Shown: positions 43,010 to 52,065 of the stretch, one piece after another
How the letters are laid out: every line of letters begins with the position of its first letter
How positions within the stretch are numbered: position 1 is the stretch's first letter
Assembly (NCBI GenBank): GCA_044376225.1
Contig: JBILLF010000002.1
Span: forward strand, 24,192 to 88,191
Length of the DNA: 64,000 bases
From: Patescibacteria group bacterium
Lineage (GTDB): Bacteria; Bacteroidota; Ignavibacteria; Kapaibacteriales; Kapaibacteriaceae
Direction of reading: 5' to 3'
Position numbers and translations under genes: made by a program
Notes under the pieces: model-generated
The model's database searches: none
Seen by the model: the letters and a program-made list of their open reading frames with translations, nothing else
Told to the model about the DNA's origin: nothing

Positions 43010-45457
43010 TCAGTGGAGGATAAGCTTCCGAATCGTGCGTCCACTATGTGACCCATCGATCGACAGAACGTAGAGGCCACCCGCAACAACAGCTCCGCGC
43101 AGATCGCGCCGGTCCCAGCGCAGCTCGCCACTGCCATGGATCTGTCCTATGCGTTCTCCAGCTGCCGTGAACACCGTCACGGACAGATCTTCGTTGTCGA
43201 GCCCCTTAACAGTCACCTCGCCAGCGGCGGGATTTGGATACACTCGGATAGACGTGGCGTCTGAAGACTCGTCATCCGCATCTACACTGGTCACCTCCGT
43301 ACGGGCCACAACAAAGGTCACCAGACCATAATCCGTGCTGATACCAACAAGACCGTCTTCCCCACTCTCCTGTGTTGTTTCGATACAGAGTGAAAACTTG
43401 TCGCCCTGTTTGAGATCGATCGGTGTATCAGGAAATGGTGAGAGGCTCCAAGTCGCAGCCGATGGGCCAGACAGGCGAATTCCGGTGATCCGCGTTGCCT
43501 CGCACGGCATAGGGACAGACTCATTACAAATGCGCTCACCAAACTTACCCTTGGCAAACCAAAGTGTATCGCGATTGAACTGCAGCGACGGTGTTCCTTC
43601 GCCTGAGACCGTCAGCGTCTGCGACCCGATGTTCGTAAAGAACGTAATCTTGGCTGTGAACGGACCGGGATCCTTAGGTAGAATACGAAGCTGAAGATCA
43701 CGCCGCTCATTCACATCTAATGTGAAGGGAGCTGTAAGATTCAACACTTCAACCTTGACGATCGGCTCTGCAGAGAAGGAGGTGACAACAACTGGAGAGC
43801 CACCCTCATTCACAAGCATGCCTGTAAATGTGGTGTCACGCGAAAGACAGGCTACCCACGGCGCGAGCGCCAATGATGATGACGCGAGGACCAGCTTACC
43901 CGGCCCAGCGACGGAAACAATCTTGACCGTGCATGTTCTCGAGGAAACCGTGTCGCACTTGTTAAACACCGCACACCGGTACACACCGCTATCTGCTTTT
44001 GTTACCCCGGCAATGCGCAAAATTCGATCCTTACCCGAGGGCACAATTGCACCATCACGGTACCATTGGTACACGAGCGATTCTCCACTGGCCTCCATCG
44101 ACAGGACAAGCGTGTCACCGACACGGAGAGATCGGTCGATAGGTTGCGTGCGGACCTGCGGGAGCTCAGTCACATCAAGCTTCGCCTCCGACGATGTAAC
44201 GCTCGGTGAACACGAGCCTTCAATGCGACAGCTGTAGCTTGCCTCGTCGAACAATTCAGCCCGTGCGAACCGTAAGATCGGAAGTGTGTCCTCAGGCATC
44301 GGCGAGCCATTCTTTAGCCATTGATATCGAAGATCCGAGCCCGTGGCAGCAACGGAAAAAGATACACTGTCGCCATCGCAAATAGCCCGCGGCAGGGGCT
44401 GACGAGTGATCTGTGGTCGTTCACCAATGGTCACCTGCACTTCATTGGAATTGACGCTAGTCGAACAAGCGAAGATCACGCATTGATAAACGCCTGCCTC
44501 GGCCTGCGTCACCTGATTGATCGTCAATACGGGGTTTGTGCCCCCGGGGATATCTACACCATTGCGGCGCCAGCGGTAAACCACATTCGATCCTGTCGAA
44601 GACACCGTAAGGGTAAGGGGCTTGCCAGCGCAAACGAACGTTGGCTGCGGCTGTAGTGTGATGTTGGGTCCAGCCTGAATTGTAATGGCAGCCGTCCGAG
44701 TTATCTCCTCCTGCGTGGTCGCATCGACCATGCGAATGATATAATTGCCGGCCGGCACCGATGCCGGGATTTCGTACACGGTGGAGAGTCCAGATGCAGC
44801 GGTGGTATTGATCACCTCGGTGGTCTGGAAATTGTCACGCGACATTTCTACTCGAACCAAACCCAGCCCCGTCTGCTGCCATTCGACATCGACACGCGTC
44901 CCGGTACAGAATGATGCGCCGGCAACAGGCTTCGTGAAGTTCGCTCCAGTAACCGTGATGTTGATGTTCCCCGTAACGGCCCAGTCGTCTGCATCAGAAT
45001 CATTCCCGTCGCCATTGACGGCATTACCGACTCCAGCGAAATTGTACACCCCGTGAGCAGCAGGAGCGGTCCATTGAAAACCAAACCGTGCACCGTTGCC
45101 ACCAAAGGCCGTCGTCTGCGTGTGTGTAAGCTCACCCGCACGGATTTGCGTGTTGGGCCCCGGCGTGAACGTACCGACGTTACCCGTGCCGCTTCGGAAC
45201 GCAAGATTAAACCCCGCGTTTCTTAGCTGGCCGTGGTTCACGACGAACGTGTAGGCATTCACTGAGCCCGTCTTGACAGTTCGTGGGCCCTCGAGCAGAA
45301 CGTTGGTATTGGCGGAAGCTCCACCATGACAACCACCACACCCGACGACGTATGACCCCGTTTTACCCCCACTGTTTGCCAGGGTAATCGCCGGGACGAT
45401 TATGGCAGCCACAGCGACCGTCGTGAGTATGCGACAAAGCGATCGTGAAATCTTCAT
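43010..45457 (-). CDS. secreted multi-Ig-like (I-set/Ig-like repeat) protein with an N-terminal CxxCH-containing domain and a T9SS C-terminal sorting domain
   Basis: Signal peptide. GCGGCHGG near the N-terminus. At least four repeats of about 90 aa carry the Ig-like pattern (YRWRRNGVDIPGG...AGVYQCV; YQWLKNGSPMPED...SYSCRI; YQWYRDGAIVPSG...SGVYRCAV). The C-terminus IRVYPNPAAGEVTV...GLYVLSI is a Por CTD. Confidence 0.6.
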   Translation of the reverse strand: MKISRSLCRILTTVAVAAIIVPAITLANSGGKTGSYVVGCGGCHGGASANTNVLLEGPRTVKTGSVNAYTFVVNHGQLRNAGFNLAFRSGTGNVGTFTPGPNTQIRAGELTHTQTTAFGGNGARFGFQWTAPAAHGVYNFAGVGNAVNGDGNDSDADDWAVTGNINITVTGANFTKPVAGASFCTGTRVDVEWQQTGLGLVRVEMSRDNFQTTEVINTTAASGLSTVYEIPASVPAGNYIIRMVDATTQEEITRTAAITIQAGPNITLQPQPTFVCAGKPLTLTVSSTGSNVVYRWRRNGVDIPGGTNPVLTINQVTQAEAGVYQCVIFACSTSVNSNEVQVTIGERPQITRQPLPRAICDGDSVSFSVAATGSDLRYQWLKNGSPMPEDTLPILRFARAELFDEASYSCRIEGSCSPSVTSSEAKLDVTELPQVRTQPIDRSLRVGDTLVLSMEASGESLVYQWYRDGAIVPSGKDRILRIAGVTKADSGVYRCAVFNKCDTVSSRTCTVKIVSVAGPGKLVLASSSLALAPWVACLSRDTTFTGMLVNEGGSPVVVTSFSAEPIVKVEVLNLTAPFTLDVNERRDLQLRILPKDPGPFTAKITFFTNIGSQTLTVSGEGTPSLQFNRDTLWFAKGKFGERICNESVPMPCEATRITGIRLSGPSAATWSLSPFPDTPIDLKQGDKFSLCIETTQESGEDGLVGISTDYGLVTFVVARTEVTSVDADDESSDATSIRVYPNPAAGEVTVKGLDNEDLSVTVFTAAGERIGQIHGSGELRWDRRDLRGAVVAGGLYVLSIDGSHSGRTIRKLILH

Positions 45458-45511
45458 GACAATCTTTCCTTTCTTCGACAGATTGGGCCCAAAATAGCGC
45501 GGGCCAATGCA

Positions 45512-45535
45512 AAACCATTGGCCCGTGCATAAAGG
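45512..45535. repeat. perfect palindrome/hairpin GGGCCAATG-CAAAAC-CATTGGCCC in the yceI / Ig-gene intergenic region
   Basis: 9-bp perfect inverted repeat with a 6-nt loop. A second overlapping imperfect inverted repeat (TTGGGCCC...GGGCCAA) lies just upstream. Confidence 0.5.
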
Positions 45536-45553
45536 TTTCGGTTGAGAACAGAA

Positions 45554-46198
45554 TTAGGAATTTGAGAAGAGCTTGGCCTTGACGGCGATGGTCTCTCCAA
45601 TACTGCGCCCAACAACACCAGCCTTGCCCGTGATGCTGTGATCTGCCAGTCCAACGGTAAAGCTCGCTTCGATCATAGCAAGATTACCTGATGCCCGCTT
45701 CTTCGTTTCAGCAGATTCCGGAAGGTACGTGATGCTGATGGTAGCCGTGCTGGGCTTGGTCACGCCATGACACGTAAACGATCCAACAGCTGTCGCCGTA
45801 ACAACACTGCGGCCATCCTTGGTGGTAACCTTAACGTCCTTCAGTGACTTTACATCAAAGTTGATCGTCGGGTACTCATTGGCGTCGAGCCACATCGCAT
45901 CGTACATATGTTCATCGCGCTTGCTGTTTGCTGTCTTCATCGTCAACACCTTAACAGTGATGGTTCCCGAGGTCGCCTCGAGATTCGCTGCATCGAGCAT
46001 GAACGACCCGTCAACTCCGTCGGCGTTCCCGGTCATCTTCTCCATCGGTGCGTCTGAGACGAATTCAATGGCATTCTTTCCCACCGCATTGTTGAGTGTG
46101 TACTTCTTTGCTCCGCCGGCCGCACCGGGAATGGATGTTGCTGTCGAAATGGTCACGACGGCAACGAGTGCCGTCAAGGTCATGAGAGCTGTTCGCAT
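45554..46198 (-). CDS. YceI-like periplasmic polyisoprenoid-binding protein
   Basis: Signal peptide MRTALMTLTALVAV. The length and beta-rich pattern with a conserved His (SFTCHGVTK) fit the YceI family. The longer six-frame ORF from 46378 is unlikely because it would overlap iscS. Confidence 0.55.
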   Translation of the reverse strand: MRTALMTLTALVAVVTISTATSIPGAAGGAKKYTLNNAVGKNAIEFVSDAPMEKMTGNADGVDGSFMLDAANLEATSGTITVKVLTMKTANSKRDEHMYDAMWLDANEYPTINFDVKSLKDVKVTTKDGRSVVTATAVGSFTCHGVTKPSTATISITYLPESAETKKRASGNLAMIEASFTVGLADHSITGKAGVVGRSIGETIAVKAKLFSNS

Positions 46199-46235
46199 GG
46201 GAACGGTCTTTCGTGATAGTGAAAAGGGTTGCAGA

Positions 46236-47378
46236 TTATTTATGTGTTGCACCACGCATATTACGCACGATGCTGGCAAGTATTGCACAGGCATCGGCGA
46301 TCTCCTGCTGCGTCGTGTGCGTACTGACCGAGATTCGAACCGCCGCCCGAGATTCAGCGGCTGAACGCCCCATAGCAATCAACACGTGCGATGGCTGCTG
46401 ACTGCCCGAAACGCACGCGCTGCCATTTGAGACGGCAACGCCAGCAATATCCATCGATTGGATGATCGCCTCACCATCGAGTCGGTCAGCATCGAGAAAC
46501 GAGATGTTGAGAATGTTCGGCAGCCCCCCCTGCTCGGGAGTATTCATTCGCACATCCGGGACGTCACGCATGATCAGTTCCCGCGCAGAGGCGATCAGCA
46601 TGGACATGTGTGCGGCACGTTGCTCCAATTCGGCCATGGCACGAGACACCGCTGTGGCAAAGCCTACGATGAGCGCCACGGGCTCGGTACCGGCACGGCG
46701 GTTGCGCTCTTGACCGCCCCCGTGCTGATGGGACTTGAAGTCGAGCCCCTTACGGATGAACATTGCGCCAACACCCTTCGGACCATGGATTTTATGCGCT
46801 GAGAGCGAAAGAAAATCAACACCGAGCTCCTGCACATTAACAGTAACCTTGCCAAAGGACTGCACAGCATCGCTGTGCAATAGAGCCTGCGGAAGTGCGC
46901 GGCGAATCTCGGCAAGGGGCTGAATGATGCCGGTCTCATTGTTGGCATGCATGACGCTAACAAGGTTTGCGGGAGAATCGAACCGACGAAGCGACTCCGG
47001 ATCGATCATGCCGTCCTGGTCAACAGGAATGATCTCAACATGACGTCCAGCGGCCCTCTCAGCCTCGGCAGGATGCAGCACTGCATGATGCTCGGTAGCA
47101 GCAACGACAAGACGTTCGGCTAACCCGGATTCATGAAGCACACTCTTGATAATAGTGTTATTCGACTCGGTGCCGCCGCTTGAAAAGATGATCTCCGCCG
47201 GATGCGCATTAAGAGCCGAAGCAAGGGTAGTGCGGGCCGTCTCAATGGCTACCCGAGCTTTGCGTCCGAGACCGTAAATGCTTGAAGCATTACCATATTG
47301 GTCCGTTAGCCATGGCATCATGGACTCAAGGACATGACCATCAAGGGGCGTCGTGGCGCTGTTATCGAGGTATATCAT
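46236..47378 (-). CDS. iscS: cysteine desulfurase (NifS/IscS class V aminotransferase)
   Basis: MIYLDNSATTP...SAHKIHGPKGVGA (PLP Lys) and catalytic SNGSACVSG loop. Confidence 0.85.
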   Translation of the reverse strand: MIYLDNSATTPLDGHVLESMMPWLTDQYGNASSIYGLGRKARVAIETARTTLASALNAHPAEIIFSSGGTESNNTIIKSVLHESGLAERLVVAATEHHAVLHPAEAERAAGRHVEIIPVDQDGMIDPESLRRFDSPANLVSVMHANNETGIIQPLAEIRRALPQALLHSDAVQSFGKVTVNVQELGVDFLSLSAHKIHGPKGVGAMFIRKGLDFKSHQHGGGQERNRRAGTEPVALIVGFATAVSRAMAELEQRAAHMSMLIASARELIMRDVPDVRMNTPEQGGLPNILNISFLDADRLDGEAIIQSMDIAGVAVSNGSACVSGSQQPSHVLIAMGRSAAESRAAVRISVSTHTTQQEIADACAILASIVRNMRGATHK

Positions 47379-47644
47379 CAGGCTCGACCAAAGCCTTTGT
47401 AGAGGTCGAACTTGGCGCTGTAGAGAACGATGTTCAGATTCTCATCGCGCAGGGTCCCACCCGACGGCGACAGATAGAACGTCCCCGTGCGGCCGGTCGG
47501 CATCTTCGATAGAACCCCCGATTCATCGACAAAGAACGTTACGATCTTGTAGCCGAGATGCTCCGGCGCCGACGCAGCCTGTGCAAGAAGGTTCTCAGGT
47601 GTGTACAGACGCAGATCTGGTTCCATGGGACGGCAAGTTCTCAT
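47378..47644 (-). CDS. small hypothetical protein upstream of iscS
   Basis: About 85 aa with no recognisable motif. I chose this start so that the gene does not run into the divergent secA start. Very uncertain. Confidence 0.25.
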   Translation of the reverse strand: MRTCRPMEPDLRLYTPENLLAQAASAPEHLGYKIVTFFVDESGVLSKMPTGRTGTFYLSPSGGTLRDENLNIVLYSAKFDLYKGFGRA

Positions 47645-47771
47645 TGTGGTGAATTCCCTACGTCGGGCCTCAAAAATAACCAGTAATTTTGCCCCTTCGC
47701 CGAAAGATGTCGGCACGAGGGACCTGCCTCGTTCGTCATTGGCCCATCCTGTCACCAATAGCTGTCACGTC

Positions 47772-50700
47772 ATGCTCAAATTTCTGCAGTCGCTCATCGG
47801 CGGTTCCAAACACGAAAAGGACGTCAAAGAGATTCGACCGATCGTTGACCAGATCAATGGCCACTTCGCCGGACTCTCCTCCCTTTCAGATCAGGACCTT
47901 CGTGCACGTACCGACGAGTTCCGTGATCGCGTCCGCGAGGCCGTTGCAGATCTCAAAGCTGAGGCCGAAGAAATTCGCGAGCGGCTGCGGACTGACATGA
48001 CGATGGACCATGCGGAGCGCTCCGATTTGTATGCTCGACTGAATAGCAACGAGCGCGAACAGTTCGAGGCAACGCAACAGGCCCTAAACGACATCCTCCC
48101 AGAAGCCTTCGCCGTTGTCAAGGAAGCCTGTCGACGCCTGGTCGGACATCGATATATGGTCGTCGGCAATGAGCAGACCTGGGACATGGTCCCCTACGAC
48201 GTGCAGCTCATCGGTGGTATCGTGCTTCACCAGGGTAAGATCGCCGAAATGGGCACGGGCGAAGGTAAGACGCTGGTTTCTACACTGCCCCTGTACCTCA
48301 ATGCCCTAGCCGGACGTGGTGTACACCTGGTCACAGTCAACGACTACCTTGCACGACGTGACCGCGAGTGGATGCGCCCGATCTTCGATTTCTTGGGTGT
48401 GAGCACTGGCTGTATCCAGTCGGACATGCGTCCAGACGATCGCAAAGTGCAGTATGGATCTGACATCACATGGGGAACGAACAATGAGTTCGGCTTTGAC
48501 TATCTGCGCGACAACATGGTCACCGACCCGCAGGATATGGTCCAGCGCGGACACTGGTTTGCCATCGTCGATGAGGTCGATTCCGTTCTGATTGATGAGG
48601 CCCGTACGCCCCTTATCATCTCAGGTCCGGTAACGGCCGGTAGCACAGAGACAGCCTTCGTCGAAATGAAGCCCCGTGTGCAGCGCCTTGTCGATGCACA
48701 GGCACGCTTCGTCAACAGCATCGTGGCCGAAGCCGAGAAGCTCCTCGCCACCGGCTACAAGGAAGACCGAATCAACGCTGGCGTGAATCTTCTGCGAGCC
48801 AACCGCGGCATGCCAAAGCAGAGCAAGCTTCTGAAGATGCTTCAGGAGCCGGATGCGATGAAACTCCTTCGCGACACGGAACTCGACTACCTGCGCGACC
48901 AGGGTCAGCGTATGAACATCATCGATCAGGAGCTCTATTTCACAGTTGATGAAAAGAATCACCAGATCGACATTTCGGATAAGGGGCGAGAACTGCTGAC
49001 CTCGTCGCAGGAAGACCCGGAAATGTTCGTGATCCCCGACATTGCGGCGCAGATGAGCGCCCTTGAAGGTGATGCATCAATTTCTGCTGAGGATAAGACG
49101 CTGCGCCGTGACGATATGATGCGCGTGTTTTCGGATCGTTCAGATCGCATCCACATCGTCAACCAGCTGCTACGTGCCTACACGCTCTACGTCCGTGACG
49201 ACGAATACGTTGTCCAAGACGGAAAGATCAAGATCGTTGATGAGTTCACGGGTCGTATCCTGGAAGGTCGTCGCTATTCAGATGGACTTCACCAGGCCAT
49301 CGAGGCCAAAGAAGGCGTTTTTGTCGAACAGGATACCCAGACCTTTGCCACCGTTACCCTGCAGAACTACTTCCGTCTGTATCACAAGCTAGCTGGCATG
49401 ACCGGTACGGCTGAGACCGAGGCAGCTGAGTTCTGGCAGATCTATACTCTCGACGTTGTGGCAATCCCGACGAACCGTCCCGTGCAGCGCAAGGACCTGG
49501 ATGATTTTATCTACCGCACGAAGCGCGAGAAGTACAACGCCGTGGTCGAGGCCGTGCAGCTTGAGCTTGCGGCCGGACGCGCAGTACTGGTAGGAACCAC
49601 GAGCGTTGAGGTTTCTGAGCTGCTGAGCAAGATGCTCAAGCGGGCCAATGTGCCCCACAACGTGCTCAACGCCAAGCAGCACCAACGTGAGGCTGAGATC
49701 GTGGCCAACGCCGGAAAGAAGGGCGCTGTGATGATCGCAACGAACATGGCCGGTCGTGGTACGGATATCAAGCTCGACGGTGACGTAAAGGAGAAAGGTG
49801 GCCTTGCCATCATTGGTACGGAACGTCACGAAGCCCGCCGCATTGACCGTCAGCTTCGGGGTCGAGCCGGCCGTCAGGGTGACCCGGGATCGTCGCAGTT
49901 CTTCATCTCACTCGAAGACGATCTGATGCGCCTCTTCGGCGGCGAGCGTATCGCTGCCGCCATGCAGCGCATGAAGGTGCCCGAAGGCGAACCGATCCAG
50001 AGCGGCATCGTGACCAAGGCCGTGGAAAATGCCCAGAAGAAGGTTGAAGGCAACAACTTTGGCATCCGCAAGCGCCTGCTCGAATACGACAACGTGATGA
50101 ACCAGCAGCGCGAAGTCATTTACGACCGCCGACGTCACGCTCTGATGGGTGAGCGCCTTCGCAGTGAGATCCTTGAGTATGCGTCCGAGCTATGCGGACA
50201 GTGGTATGACGAACACCACCCGTCGGGTGATCATGATGCCTTCATGAATACGATTCGAGCCAAGATGCTGTGCGAGCCAAGCGTATCGGCACAAAGCTTC
50301 ACGTCGGACAGCAAGGAGCAGGTCATGGAGCGTGTGATGGAAGCCGTCGTTGAGTTCTATGACCGTAAAGAGTCCATGCTCGGACACGACTTCATGTCGC
50401 AGCTTGAGCGTGTGGCCGCCCTGCGCGCTGTGGACGACGAGTGGCGCGAGCACCTGCGCGTGATGGACGACCTCAAGGAGGGGATCTATCTGCGGGCCTA
50501 TGGTCAGAAGGACCCGATCCTGGAGTACAAGCAGGAAGCCTACCGCGTCTTCCTTGAGCTGCTCACGCAGATCAACGAGGCCACAGTATCATTTGCATTC
50601 AAGTACTTCCCGCAATTTGCTGAGCGCGCGGAGCGTCAAGCCCCAACACGTCCTGCGGCAACGGTCGTACCGTCCGTTACGACCTCCACCCCGACGCGTC

Positions 50701-50897
50701 AGCTTCGATTTTCGCATCCGAGCGCCACATCAACCTCGACGCTGGGTGGAGACCCCAATGCTGAGTCGTCACAGTCGGCAAGCACCATCAGGAACGCAGG
50801 ACGTAAGGTTGGACGCAACGAACCGTGTCCGTGCGGATCAGGCATGAAGTTCAAAGCCTGTCACGGGGCTAGCGGAGCAACCACCTACCCGGCCTGA
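47772..50897 (+). CDS. secA: preprotein translocase ATPase SecA
   Basis: MLKFLQSLIGGSKHEKDVKEI N-terminus, Walker A (GTGEGKTLVSTLP), DEVDSVLIDEARTPLIISG, and a C-terminal zinc finger (CPCGSGMKFKACHG). Confidence 0.95.
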   Translation: MLKFLQSLIGGSKHEKDVKEIRPIVDQINGHFAGLSSLSDQDLRARTDEFRDRVREAVADLKAEAEEIRERLRTDMTMDHAERSDLYARLNSNEREQFEATQQALNDILPEAFAVVKEACRRLVGHRYMVVGNEQTWDMVPYDVQLIGGIVLHQGKIAEMGTGEGKTLVSTLPLYLNALAGRGVHLVTVNDYLARRDREWMRPIFDFLGVSTGCIQSDMRPDDRKVQYGSDITWGTNNEFGFDYLRDNMVTDPQDMVQRGHWFAIVDEVDSVLIDEARTPLIISGPVTAGSTETAFVEMKPRVQRLVDAQARFVNSIVAEAEKLLATGYKEDRINAGVNLLRANRGMPKQSKLLKMLQEPDAMKLLRDTELDYLRDQGQRMNIIDQELYFTVDEKNHQIDISDKGRELLTSSQEDPEMFVIPDIAAQMSALEGDASISAEDKTLRRDDMMRVFSDRSDRIHIVNQLLRAYTLYVRDDEYVVQDGKIKIVDEFTGRILEGRRYSDGLHQAIEAKEGVFVEQDTQTFATVTLQNYFRLYHKLAGMTGTAETEAAEFWQIYTLDVVAIPTNRPVQRKDLDDFIYRTKREKYNAVVEAVQLELAAGRAVLVGTTSVEVSELLSKMLKRANVPHNVLNAKQHQREAEIVANAGKKGAVMIATNMAGRGTDIKLDGDVKEKGGLAIIGTERHEARRIDRQLRGRAGRQGDPGSSQFFISLEDDLMRLFGGERIAAAMQRMKVPEGEPIQSGIVTKAVENAQKKVEGNNFGIRKRLLEYDNVMNQQREVIYDRRRHALMGERLRSEILEYASELCGQWYDEHHPSGDHDAFMNTIRAKMLCEPSVSAQSFTSDSKEQVMERVMEAVVEFYDRKESMLGHDFMSQLERVAALRAVDDEWREHLRVMDDLKEGIYLRAYGQKDPILEYKQEAYRVFLELLTQINEATVSFAFKYFPQFAERAERQAPTRPAATVVPSVTTSTPTRQLRFSHPSATSTSTLGGDPNAESSQSASTIRNAGRKVGRNEPCPCGSGMKFKACHGASGATTYPA

Positions 50898-50904
50898 TGC
50901 AACG

Positions 50905-52065
50905 TTAGTTGACGCTGTCCCCTTCGCGAAGATTCTCGGAGGGGTGCTGCACAATGTGGTCTCCGACATCGAGTCCAGACGCGACAACCGTCATTAGCGC
51001 GCTCCGTGCACCGAGTGTCACAGAGCGCCGGCGAATGATGCCGGCTTCAACCACCAGCACGTGCCACTGATCAGCATCTCGAAGAAGCGCACCGAGTGGG
51101 ATACAAAGCGCATGTTCTGATCTCTCCGTAATGATGGCCGCTTCGACGCGATATCCGTCACCGAGCCCAGGTGGACGGGCCGCGATATCGGCGATAACAT
51201 TGACGCGCTGTTCCTCGATTCCGAGCGAGCTTACCCGTGTGCGGGCCGACGGTTCAACGCGTCGTACCGTTGCCCGGACGATGGAGTTCCCTCCCCATCC
51301 ATCGAGGTTGACGCTCATGCCTGGACGGATCTTGACGGCATCGATACTGAGTACATCGATCACCACTTCAGCCTGAGACGTGTCGCCTAGTTCTACGATC
51401 GGTGTACCGGCCAGGACGGTGCGTTCGGACTGTTCGTGACACCTTAGCACAACGCCTGATGTTGGTGCACGCACAGAAACACGCTGACCGGGTCGGCCGG
51501 CTAGAATGGCCAGGACGGCTTTGGATTCAAAGCCTATGGCCCGCTCACGCTCGCGCAGGGCATCGGCCTCACGTTGCAGCTGCTCATAGGCATCGCGGGC
51601 ATTCTCGGCCTGCTCGCGCGTAACGGCTCCGGCCAGCTCAAGCCGACTCAGTCGCTCGGTTCTGCGTCTAGCCTGTTCTATCAGGGGGCTCATTGCAGCC
51701 AGGCGCTGATGGATCTCAGCCGATCCGGCACTGATGGAGCCGAAACGAGCCCGGGCTTCGGAACGCTGACGCTCGTCAAGCTCGGGTGGAATGATGGTGC
51801 CGATGATCTGCCCGGCAATGACGCTATCACCGGGTTCGACGCTGAGTCGTTCGAGGACGCCGGTAGCCGGCATGGCCACAACGAACCGTTCGCGAGCGCG
51901 CACAATACCGTCGGCCTCGACCGTGGTCTCAAGATCCTGCTGTCGAACCACTACCTGCTCAACACGAATTGGTCGTGGCAGCAACGCTACGATGATCGCG
52001 GCAATGACGACAACGATCGTGATGATCCAGCCAAGATATCGGGGACGTCGTAGCTTCATCATCAC
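50905..52065 (-). CDS. HlyD/MacA-family periplasmic adaptor (membrane fusion protein)
   Basis: N-terminal TM anchor, long coiled-coil (ENARDAYEQLQREADALRERE) and a beta-barrel/lipoyl-like C-terminal region. It starts at the stop of the ABC permease. Confidence 0.7.
   Translation of the reverse strand: MMMKLRRPRYLGWIITIVVVIAAIIVALLPRPIRVEQVVVRQQDLETTVEADGIVRARERFVVAMPATGVLERLSVEPGDSVIAGQIIGTIIPPELDERQRSEARARFGSISAGSAEIHQRLAAMSPLIEQARRRTERLSRLELAGAVTREQAENARDAYEQLQREADALRERERAIGFESKAVLAILAGRPGQRVSVRAPTSGVVLRCHEQSERTVLAGTPIVELGDTSQAEVVIDVLSIDAVKIRPGMSVNLDGWGGNSIVRATVRRVEPSARTRVSSLGIEEQRVNVIADIAARPPGLGDGYRVEAAIITERSEHALCIPLGALLRDADQWHVLVVEAGIIRRRSVTLGARSALMTVVASGLDVGDHIVQHPSENLREGDSVN

Noticed and set aside
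47601-47771. N-terminal extension of secA to 47601
   Set aside because: SecA homology starts at MLKFLQ (47772). The extension would overlap the divergent small gene.
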